From Candidatus Eiseniibacteriota bacterium (GTDB lineage: Bacteria > Eisenbacteria > RBG-16-71-46 > CAIMUX01 > VGJL01), in the NCBI GenBank assembly GCA_963792585.1, contig CAWBWI010000001.1, positions 1,184,001 to 1,248,000 of the forward strand: a DNA stretch of 64,000 nt, read 5' to 3'. Each line of letters opens with the position of its first letter. Within the stretch, counting starts at the first letter, position 1. The notes under the pieces were generated by a model, which saw nothing but the letters and a program-made list of their open reading frames with translations, was not told the origin of the DNA and made no database searches. Made by a program: the position numbers and the translations under genes. Shown here piece after piece: positions 47,766 through 57,343 of this stretch.

Positions 47766-48376
47766 TCATCCCCGTGCCGGCCCTTCGTCCGTCCGCCGGG
47801 GGTGGGCGATCTCGAGGGGCGTGTAAATCGGCCCTTCCGCGCCGCGCAGATCACTCTTGAAAAGCGTAATGGAGCTGATCGTAAGGTGGCCGCTTGCGGC
47901 GGTGTCAAACCGGAGGTAAGCGTCGCCAAGTCGGAGACTTGCCGTCCCCGGCGCTACGCGGGCCAGCGTCATGTGGCCGACGAACGGCTTGTCCGCCTGT
48001 CCGAAACCGACCAGTCGGATCGCGCGATCGGTCACCGCCGCGAGTTCGGCGAGGCCGCCGCCGGGATCCTCGATCCCCAACCAGAGGACCTGAGGACGTC
48101 GCGGCGTTCGGGAAGGCGCCGATCGCACCGATCGAGATCCCCGGCGGTCGACCACGCCCGATCGAGGTTCTGCACGCGTGCCGCGCCTTCTCGACCTGCT
48201 TGCGGTCCAGGTCGCCGAAGAATCGAACCGTCAGGTGAACGATCTCGGGGCGGACGAAGCGCAGCGCCTCGCTGCCGGGTCGCCCACGCATCGTCTGCGC
48301 GAGTATCGCCGATCATCGCCTTGACCTCGGCAGGAATCGTGAAGGCCACGAAGGACCGCACGCGCTCCCCGTTCAT
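47766..48376 (-). CDS. thpR: RNA 2',3'-cyclic phosphodiesterase (2H family; frameshifted)
   Basis: RSFVAF, HLTVRFFG, GAFP, VLWLG, FVGHMTLAR, LFKSDL. Confidence 0.85.
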
Positions 48377-49634
48377 CGCTCCCTCCCCGGATCGATCGCC
48401 AGTCCCAGGATCGCGCGGCGCGCGAGGTCGAGCGCGGCGAGGACCGTGCGCCCGATCACCTGCTCGCGCCCCGAGGGGAAGACGCGGCGGATCACGCTGT
48501 GACCTCCCGGCCAGTCGACGCCGATGTAGACCAGCCCGACCGGCTTCTCGGCGCTCCCACCGTCGGGCCCCGCGACCCCCGTCGTCGAGATTCCGACGTC
48601 GGCGCCGAAGCGGCCCCGCACGCCATGCGCCATCGAGTGCGCGACCGCCTCGCTCACGGCTCCGTGGTCACGGATCCAGTTCTCCGGCACGCCGAGTAGC
48701 GCCGTCTTGGCCTCGTTCTCGTAGGCGACGATCCCACCAGCGAAATAGCGCGACGCGCCGGGGACCCGCACGATCTGGGACGCCAGGCTGCCACCGGTCA
48801 GCGACTCGGCGACCGCGATCTTCCAGCCGCGGAGCGCGCACTCGCGCCCGACGAGCTCCTCGATGTCCTCCGTCCCCTCGGCGTAGACCGCTGTCCCGAT
48901 CTTCTCCTTCGCCGCCTGGATCATCCGATCGAGCACCGCCTCCGCGCTGCGCGACTCGGCCTCGACCGCGAAGTGGAGATCGACGGCGCCCAGGCGCGGG
49001 AGGTAGGCCACCGACACCTCGCGCGGAATCACTGGGTCGAGCATCTGCGCGAGGACCGTCTCGCCGATCCCGATCGTTCGCAGCATGCGCGTGTGACGGC
49101 GCGCCGACGGCGCGAGCGACGCGATCTCCGGTAGCACGAATTGTGCCGCCATCCGCTCCATCTCGAACGGCACGCCCGGGAGACAGTAGAGGAACCGGCC
49201 GTCCTCCGCGCGCAGACGCAGGCCCGGCGCGCTCCCGAGGGTATTCTCGATCAGATCCGCGCCCAAGGGCACGAGCGCCTGAGCCTGCAGGTTCGGCGGC
49301 GGTCGGACGGTTCAAGCCGCGCGAAACGCGCTTCGAGCGCACGCACGACGTCCTCGCGCAGAATGAGCTGGCGCTTGAGAACCGCCGCGACCACCTTGCG
49401 GGTGATGTCGTCCGGAGTCGCCCCCAGACCTCCCGTCGTGATGACGACGTCGGCGCGCGCCAGGGCGTGGACGAGCGCCTCGGTCAGAGCCTCGCGCTCG
49501 TCGGGGACCGTCGTGTGCCATTGGCAGGCAAGACCGTGCGCGACGAGGCCGCGCGCGAGAAACGTGAAGTTCGTGTCCTGCGTGCGGCCGCTCAGGATTT
49601 CGCCGCCGATGGTGATGATCTCGACCCAGATCAT
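48373..49634 (-). CDS. cinA: Competence/damage-inducible protein CinA (frameshifted)
   Basis: EIITIGGEILSG..QDTN, TGGLGATPDDIT, LPGVPFEM, AESLTGG, GAVS, TGVAGPDGG...KPVG. Confidence 0.92.
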
Positions 49635-50098
49635 GAAATTCTCCCTGCGAGGTCGGGCCATGCTACGAGCCCCAGCCTCAGGACGACATTCGCTGCGATC
49701 CCGGCAAGAACGTCATCCACCATGACACCCCAGCCTCCCGGCAGGGCCTGGATCTGGTAGATCGGCGGCGGCTTCACGATGTCGAAGAACCGAAAGAGCA
49801 CGAAGCCCGCGATCCCGATTCCCGGGGAGACTGCGAGACCCGCTACGGCGATCATGGAACCCGCCACCTCGTCGATCACGACCCGGTGGCTGTCATGTCC
49901 GTAGATCGCCTCCGCACGGTGGCATGCCCAGGTCCCGACCACCAACACGACCCCCAGGGCGGCGGCGAATACGCCCCCCGTGGGCCTTATCAAGAACCAG
50001 ATAAGCAGCGTGGCCGCGCTGGCCCATGTCCCGGGCGCCGCCGGCAGGTAGCCGATGTAGGCGAAGGTGGCCACCGCGCGCGCGAGCCGTGCGGTCAT
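49631..50098 (-). CDS. pgpA: Phosphatidylglycerophosphatase A
   Basis: APGTWAS, HDSHRVVIDEVAG, LFRFFDIVKP, GGWGVMVDDVLAG. Confidence 0.93.
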   Translation of the reverse strand: MTARLARAVATFAYIGYLPAAPGTWASAATLLIWFLIRPTGGVFAAALGVVLVVGTWACHRAEAIYGHDSHRVVIDEVAGSMIAVAGLAVSPGIGIAGFVLFRFFDIVKPPPIYQIQALPGGWGVMVDDVLAGIAANVVLRLGLVAWPDLAGRIS

Positions 50099-50102
50099 CG
50101 TA

Positions 50103-50702
50103 TCAGAGCTGCTTGCGGCCCTCGAGGGCGCGCACGAGGGTCGCCGAGTCGGAGAGTTCGATGTCCGAGCCCATCGGAACCCCGCGCGCGATGCGGGAGA
50201 CGGTGACGCCGAGCCCCGAGAGGAAGTCGGCGAGGAAGTGCGCGGTCGCCTCACCCTGCGCGGTCGGGTTCATGGCGAGGATCACCTCTTGCATCCCTTC
50301 GCGTCGAATGCGCTCGGCCAGTTCCGCGACGCGGAGATCGGCCGGCCCCACACCGTCGAGCGGAGAGAGGGTCCCGCGCAGCACGTGGTAGAGGCCGTGA
50401 AAGGCGGCGGTGCGTTCCAGAGCGACCACATCGCCCGGCTGTTCCACGACGCACAGGACGTGCGGATCGCGCTTGGGATCCGCGCAGAGATAGCACGGCT
50501 GCGTCTCGGCGACGTTTCCGCAGCGCTCGCATGTGCCGACCTCGAGGCGGAGCCGCTCGACCGCGTGGGCGAGGGCAAGGGCCTCCTCCTGATCGACGCG
50601 CAGCAGGTGGAAGGCGAGCCGCTGGGCGGTCTTCTTCCCGATCCCCGGCAGCTTGCCAAGCTGCTCGATCAGTTCCTCGAGGTGGAGCGAGCTGTACTGC
50701 AT
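50103..50702 (-). CDS. recR: Recombination mediator RecR
   Basis: LPGIGKKTAQRLA, CERC...CYLC, YHVLRG.LSPLDG, EVILAMNPT..GEATA. Confidence 0.96.
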   Translation of the reverse strand: MQYSSLHLEELIEQLGKLPGIGKKTAQRLAFHLLRVDQEEALALAHAVERLRLEVGTCERCGNVAETQPCYLCADPKRDPHVLCVVEQPGDVVALERTAAFHGLYHVLRGTLSPLDGVGPADLRVAELAERIRREGMQEVILAMNPTAQGEATAHFLADFLSGLGVTVSRIARGVPMGSDIELSDSATLVRALEGRKQL

Positions 50703-50708
50703 GGTCGA

Positions 50709-51020
50709 CTAGAAGAGTCCCGGAATCCCGATGCCGCCGGTCAGCTTGCCCATCTCGCTCTGGTTCTTCTCCTGAACCTTCGTGGCCGCGTCGTTCATCG
50801 CCGCGGCGATCAGGTCCTCGAGCATCTCCACGTCGGACGGGTCGACGACCTTGGGATCGATCTTGATCTTCACGATCTCGTGCTTGCCGTTCATCGTGAT
50901 GACAACCATCCCGCCGCCCGCGCTTCCCTCGACTTCCTCCTGGGCGAGTTGCTCCTGCATCTTCGCCATCTGTTCCTGCATCTGCTGCGCCTGCTTCATC
51001 AGTTTGCGCATATCCGGCAT
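50709..51020 (-). CDS. YbaB/EbfC nucleoid-associated protein
   Basis: MKQAQQMQ, GSAGGGMV, DVEMLEDLIAAA; lies between dnaX and recR. Confidence 0.94.
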   Translation of the reverse strand: MPDMRKLMKQAQQMQEQMAKMQEQLAQEEVEGSAGGGMVVITMNGKHEIVKIKIDPKVVDPSDVEMLEDLIAAAMNDAATKVQEKNQSEMGKLTGGIGIPGLF

Positions 51021-51052
51021 ATGGTTCTCCTTCGTCGGGATCGTTCGTGTCG

Positions 51053-52915
<1,863 letters not shown>

Positions 52916-52948
52916 CGGTCTCCCTCGGGAATCATGCCCTCAGGTCGA

Positions 52949-53216
52949 GCCGTGCACCCTTCTCTGATCCTCCGGTCGTGTCCCGCATCGGCTGTAGGCT
53001 CAGGCCAGGCGATTCCGCGGCACCCGTGGGTGTCTACTTACCGCTGCTACCTTCCGGTCCTGACGGGGTTCGGCAGTCTCCCGTTGCGCGGGACCTGACC
53101 CTCGAAGCCCCGAGGCTTCCACGTGACGCATCCGGGTGGGACCTCGGAAGGGAGTTCGACCCCGCTATAGCGGATTGCGGGCTACAGGGCACCGCTGACT
53201 CCCCGTCTAGCACGAC
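52949..53216 (-). ncRNA. ffs: Signal recognition particle RNA, long bacterial type with Alu domain
   Basis: 5' CGTGCTAGACGGGGAG...GCGGTGCCCTGT...CCGCAATCCGCTATAGCGGG; helix 8 TCAGGACCGGAAGGTAGCAGC; 3' GTGCACG pairs with the 5' end; directly upstream of dnaX. Confidence 0.93.
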
Positions 53217-53238
53217 CCGACCCAAGGGCATAAAGATT

Positions 53239-53311
53239 TGGAGATGAACGGGATCGAACCGTCGACCTCCTCGTTGCGAACGAGGCGCTCTCCCAACTGA
53301 GCTACATCCCC
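53239..53311 (-). tRNA. tRNA-Ala (CGC)
   Basis: GGGGATGTAGCTCAGTTGGGAGAGC; anticodon arm CCTCG-TTCGCAA-CGAGG; G3-U70 pair. Confidence 0.95.
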
Positions 53312-53352
53312 AAAAGCGTTCGGGCCTCGCGGCCCATCATCTTTCCGAAAAC

Positions 53353-53443
53353 TGGCGGAGAGACAGGGATTCGAACCCTGGAGGCGTTATTCACGCCTAC
53401 ACGCTCTCCAGGCGTGCTCCTTCAACCACTCGGACATCTCTCC
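53353..53443 (-). tRNA. tRNA-Ser (GGA)
   Basis: GGAGAGATGTCCGAGTGG; anticodon arm CACGC-CTGGAGA-GCGTG; long variable arm; encoded CCA. Confidence 0.95.
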
Positions 53444-53461
53444 GCGCTGGTTCGAAACAGC

Positions 53462-53491
53462 AGTATAGGAAAACGCCTGCTTGCGTCTCAA
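53462..53491 (-). promoter_or_regulatory. Putative sigma70 promoter of tRNA-Ser(GGA)
   Basis: TTGAGA-N18-TATACT ending about 18 nt before the tRNA. Confidence 0.55.
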
Positions 53492-53642
53492 CGCCCAAAT
53501 CGGTCTCTGCAATCGAGCCGTTTCGGGACGCTCACCCGTCCCGATGACCCGTGGACGAGGGCGGCGGACATTTGCCGGTCTGTTTCAGCCGGTTTGCTCT
53601 ACCAGCCGACTCGGTTTGCCCCGCACCCGCGATCCAAAGAAC

Positions 53643-53732
53643 TGGCGGAGAGAGAGGGATTCGAACCCCCGGTGGAGTTACCCCCACAGCGGTTTTCGAG
53701 ACCGCCGCCTTCAACCACTCGGCCATCTCTCC
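53643..53732 (-). tRNA. tRNA-Ser (CGA)
   Basis: GGAGAGATGGCCGAGTGG; anticodon arm GCGGT-CTCGAAA-ACCGC; long variable arm; encoded CCA. Confidence 0.95.
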
Positions 53733-53758
53733 GCACGGCAACTGGTTGCCAGAGCGGA

Positions 53759-53787
53759 AGTTCACCACAGATGGAGGCTGTTGTCAA
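53759..53787 (-). promoter_or_regulatory. Putative sigma70 promoter of tRNA-Ser(CGA)
   Basis: TTGACA-N17-TGAACT with TG extended -10. Confidence 0.5.
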
Positions 53788-53929
53788 CCTCTCGCCTCTG
53801 CGATCGCCGCGGTCTGGTAGACCGCCGCTCGATCATCTCGTGATCAACCACAACTGCCTGTGAGATCAGTGGGCCGCCGCCAGCGGTGCAGCCAATGATA
53901 CCCGGGGCGGCGGTCGCATCTGCGCTTTG

Positions 53930-54130
53930 TCCCCCCATCAGCTTGCGCCTTTCGCCCCGCACGGCCTGCACGGGCACCCACGCCTACCGCTGGGTCGTAA
54001 CGACCGACGAATGGCCTACAAGGTCCTGAACCACATTGAGCGCCACCCACAGCCTTCGAGCCACCAGCGGGCGAACGGGTACCTGAGCTGATGGAATTGG
54101 AAGCGCGAGATGTCGGAGAGGTCCCTCGTC
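53930..54130 (-). pseudogene. Remnant of a tyrosine recombinase/integrase C-terminus
   Basis: Two frames joined read ISRFQFHQLRYPFARWWLEG / ALNVVQDLVGHSSVVTTQR*A. This matches the HxLRHTFA...LGH.....T..Y box II, with the catalytic Tyr codon replaced by TAG at 53984-53986. Confidence 0.75.
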
Positions 54131-54478
54131 TTCCGAGCGGCAATCCTGTCGCCCAATCAAGCGGAACCGCTCAATCCAGGAGGCCCTTCGAGACATTGCC
54201 CCATTCTCCGCGAGCTTCCGGAGCACGGTCCTGTGCAGCCACATGTTCATCTGCGCCGAATCGCCCGTCTTCTCCGCAGGACACCCGAGTACCATCGCAG
54301 GCGCCTTGCGCGCCGCAAGGCTGCTCGCCAGTTCCACCAGTTTCATCATGTCGACAATCGGAACTATCCAGTTGAGCTTGTCGAAGTGGGGGTTCACCAC
54401 GCCTGCCGGCGGCGCGGGGATCCCGTACTTCCCTCACCCGTACTACACGGAAGTCGTCGACGGGGCTGCAACCGCGTC

Positions 54479-56803
54479 CTATCGGGCCACGATCACCTTC
54501 CGCACCAGGCTCACCCCGGATGCCTTCAGCCGGCAGAAGTAGATCCCGGAAGGAAGCGCTCCCCCATCCGGACCCCGCCCGTCCCAATGCACCCGGTGTT
54601 CTCCCGCCTCGAACCGCCCGACGGCGACCGCCGTCACGCGCGAGCCGGCGGCATCGTAGATGTCGACCGAGACGTCTCCCGCCTCGGGCAGGGTAAACGC
54701 GAATGTGGTGCCCGAGCCGAACGGATTCGGGGCGTTCTGCTCGAGCGTCGCGAAGTGACGCCGCGTCGTCCCATCACCCTCCACCCCGGCGGTCGGGGAC
54801 ACGACAACGACCAGCGCGAGCGTGGTGTCGACCGCGCTCCCCGCGACGGAGCGCAGAAAAACCGTGGCGCTGTCTCCCGGAGCCGCCGTCTCCGGGATCA
54901 CAACGTTCACGATCAGCGTCGAGTGCTGCCCGGGCAGGACAGGGAACGGATCATGGTCATGAAGCACCGTCCATGTCTCTGGGCTCCATGCCACTCCGGT
55001 GACGTCCAGCGGCAGGAATCCGTCGTTGAATACCATGAACGGCGCGGCGAGCGTGTCCCCCGGCGCTCCCTCGACATCATGCCCGGCGATCGAGTAGAGG
55101 CGCGGAGCGAAGTTGAGAGACTGCAGGATCTCCCACCCCGCCCCCTGCCCGGCCGTTCGATCCGAGGCGAAGAGGATCCGATCGTTCGATGGCGGAATGT
55201 GCGGCGCGACCTCATTCGCAGGGCTGTTCACACCCGGGCCCAGACTCGTCGCGGGCATCCACCCCGCTTCGGACCGGATCGCCCGGTACACGTCGTACCC
55301 TCCAAGACCGCCCATCCGATTCGACGCGAAGTAGAGATCTGCGTGCTCCCCGTCCCAATCCGCGAGCATCGGATCCTTTTCGGCGAAGGGCGTGTTGATC
55401 CCCGGACCGAGATTGACCGCCGGGTCCCAATACGTGGACTCCGTGACGCGCTTCGGCGCTTCGTAGATGTCCCAGTCCCCGTAACCGCCGGGGCGATTCG
55501 ATGAGAAGAGCATCCGGTTGCTCCAGTCCATCGGGGAGGTCTCGTCCGCGGCGGAGTTGACGGAGACGGGAAGCGCGACCACGGTACCCCACGTCGTCGT
55601 GTCGGTCTTGAAGCCCACGTACAGATCAAAGCCGCCGAGTCCTCCAGGTCGGTTCGATGCGAAAAAGAGCCATGCGTCCCCCGCCGTGGCCTCGGGGGTC
55701 GTCTCGTCAAAGGGGCTGTTCACGGGCGGGCCCAGGTTGCGGATCGAAGTGTATCCGCCCGTGTCGTCATTGTAGCCCGCCGACCAGATGTCGAGCCCTC
55801 CAAGCCCCCCCGGCCGGTTCGACGCGAAGAAGACCCGCGGCGATGGCCCCTCCGCGAACTCCCCGCCGCAATGCGGGCAACAGCAGGTTTCGTCGCTCGG
55901 CCCTTGGGTCCCGGGGATCGGGTTGGGATTGTTGTATACCGGCTCGATGAACTCCGCACCCTTGTGCCAGAAGCAGAACCAGTGCCCCAGCTCATGCTTG
56001 ATGATCTGGTAGTAGTCGAGCGTGTTCTCGGGGCACTTGGCGTCTTCGTTGGTGATCCATCCGTCCTGGTTCGTGTCGGACGGGTAGCACCAGGTCCGCT
56101 GGACGCCGTTCGGATGCTTTCCCGGATCGTTGCGCAACCAGCACGTGGCAGGCCCGTCCTTGGTCTCGCTCGGCTGTCCCGCGAACGTCCCGGTACCGAG
56201 TTTGAAGTCCATGAATCCTGCGACCTTCTTCGTGTACCCCGGGATCTGGTCAACGTGCGCGATCTTCAGAATCGCCTGGTCCGGGTTCTCCGTGAACCAG
56301 GCGTCCGGATTCGTCACGGGGTCCTGGACCTCCTGGCCGGGGGCGTGGAACGGCGACGCGGCGCCGTAACTCAACTTCATCTGGGAGAACTCCCACTCGG
56401 ACATGCTTCGGCTGGAGAGAGTGTGCTTCTTCTCGTCCACGGTGGTCGCGGCGTTGTCAATGTGATGATCGGGGCCGGGAGTCATCACCCCGTCCGCAGT
56501 CTCATTCCTGTTGTGATTCTTCGATGGATGCGAGGTGTGCCCCTGCGCACCGGCCTGGTCATACATCACCCATTGCTTGAGGGCGTACCTGAGGCACCGC
56601 TTCTGGTCATCGGATAGCCCCGTGACGAGAATCTTGAACTGCTCCGGGGGGCGGGCCCCCTTCATCACGGTCGTCCTGGCGTGGGCAATGCCCGTCGCGA
56701 CGAGCAGGCAGGCAAGGAGGACTCCGGCCGGGAACGCGGCTCGCGGGCGTGATCGGCGCATACCAACCGGGTGGAGGATTCCGCGCGTGAGCGAACGGGA
56801 CAT
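54479..56803 (-). CDS. Secreted metzincin-like zinc protease with PD40 beta-propeller repeats and FlgD/T9SS-like C-terminal domain
   Basis: Signal peptide; KHELGHWFCFWH; repeated FASNRPGGLGGxDxY...NLGPxVNS; C-terminus LEQNAPNPF...IYDAAG...WDG...SGIYFCRL. Confidence 0.82.
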   Translation of the reverse strand: MSRSLTRGILHPVGMRRSRPRAAFPAGVLLACLLVATGIAHARTTVMKGARPPEQFKILVTGLSDDQKRCLRYALKQWVMYDQAGAQGHTSHPSKNHNRNETADGVMTPGPDHHIDNAATTVDEKKHTLSSRSMSEWEFSQMKLSYGAASPFHAPGQEVQDPVTNPDAWFTENPDQAILKIAHVDQIPGYTKKVAGFMDFKLGTGTFAGQPSETKDGPATCWLRNDPGKHPNGVQRTWCYPSDTNQDGWITNEDAKCPENTLDYYQIIKHELGHWFCFWHKGAEFIEPVYNNPNPIPGTQGPSDETCCCPHCGGEFAEGPSPRVFFASNRPGGLGGLDIWSAGYNDDTGGYTSIRNLGPPVNSPFDETTPEATAGDAWLFFASNRPGGLGGFDLYVGFKTDTTTWGTVVALPVSVNSAADETSPMDWSNRMLFSSNRPGGYGDWDIYEAPKRVTESTYWDPAVNLGPGINTPFAEKDPMLADWDGEHADLYFASNRMGGLGGYDVYRAIRSEAGWMPATSLGPGVNSPANEVAPHIPPSNDRILFASDRTAGQGAGWEILQSLNFAPRLYSIAGHDVEGAPGDTLAAPFMVFNDGFLPLDVTGVAWSPETWTVLHDHDPFPVLPGQHSTLIVNVVIPETAAPGDSATVFLRSVAGSAVDTTLALVVVVSPTAGVEGDGTTRRHFATLEQNAPNPFGSGTTFAFTLPEAGDVSVDIYDAAGSRVTAVAVGRFEAGEHRVHWDGRGPDGGALPSGIYFCRLKASGVSLVRKVIVAR

Positions 56804-57214
56804 GACTCACCTCCGACGTGTCGGGGATCGACGAGGACCGAAGTGGCGCACCTTGCGGCGGGATTGGAACCAACCAGTCTATCACGTGCGGGTCGCCGGA
56901 TCCATCGCCAGTTCAAGGCGACTCGTCATTGGCGACACAAGCCGGGCGGACCTGCCGCCAGGAGCCCGTGTACCGGGGCGGGCCTCGCGCTCCCCGAGGT
57001 CCCATCGCCACCTGGAGATGTATGCTGTACTCCAGGAAGCGCAAGCTGACTGGCGAGAGCGCTCTTACCAGTCTTCAGTCTGCAACTCACGAATCGGAAG
57101 AAGTCCCGGGCGGATCGTGTCTGTCAGTAAGGACAGGCTGGTCGTGTAGGTCGTCCCCGGTGCATCAGTTTCCCTGGATCCGGAGACCACGGGATTGGAG
57201 TCGATGAGGTCCGA

Positions 57215-57251
57215 CTCCTTCAACCTTCGAACCACTCGGCCATCTCTCCGC
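57215..57251 (-). pseudogene. 5' fragment of tRNA-Ser (att-like scar)
   Basis: GGAGAGATGGCCGAGTGGTT identical to the tRNA-Ser(CGA) 5' end, then an 8-nt insertion and GAAGGAG; no anticodon, T or acceptor 3' arms follow. Confidence 0.75.
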
Positions 57252-57343
57252 GCTACGCAACTACCCACAAAAAACGAAGTTCACCATTACCAGGTCGAGG
57301 GACCCCATGGAAAGCTGCCCTTCGCCCCCCTCCTTCGCGCACC

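Larger units (their letters stand above)
53735..57251. mobile_element. Decayed integrative element at tRNA-Ser
   Basis: Bounded by the 22-nt direct repeat AACCACTCGGCCATCTCTCCGC (53713-53734 and 57230-57251); contains an integrase remnant and one cargo gene. Confidence 0.6.

Noticed and set aside
47406..49760. 784-aa + strand ORF
   Set aside because: Antisense to recA, thpR and cinA, with low-complexity Arg/Pro/Ser composition.
55140..55850. Regularly spaced DNA repeats resembling an array
   Set aside because: They are the coding PD40 repeats of the protease gene and are degenerate at synonymous sites; no CRISPR array or cas gene was seen in the window.
56810..57190. Possible gene remnant at the island's right end (GKSALASQL in one minus frame)
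   Set aside because: Short, interrupted by stops and without supporting motifs, so it cannot be assigned.
57180..57251. Possible complete or selenocysteine tRNA (hairpin loop contains TCA on the minus strand; selA is in the window)
   Set aside because: No T-arm, variable arm or proper acceptor stem follows, so only the 5' tRNA-Ser portion is supported.
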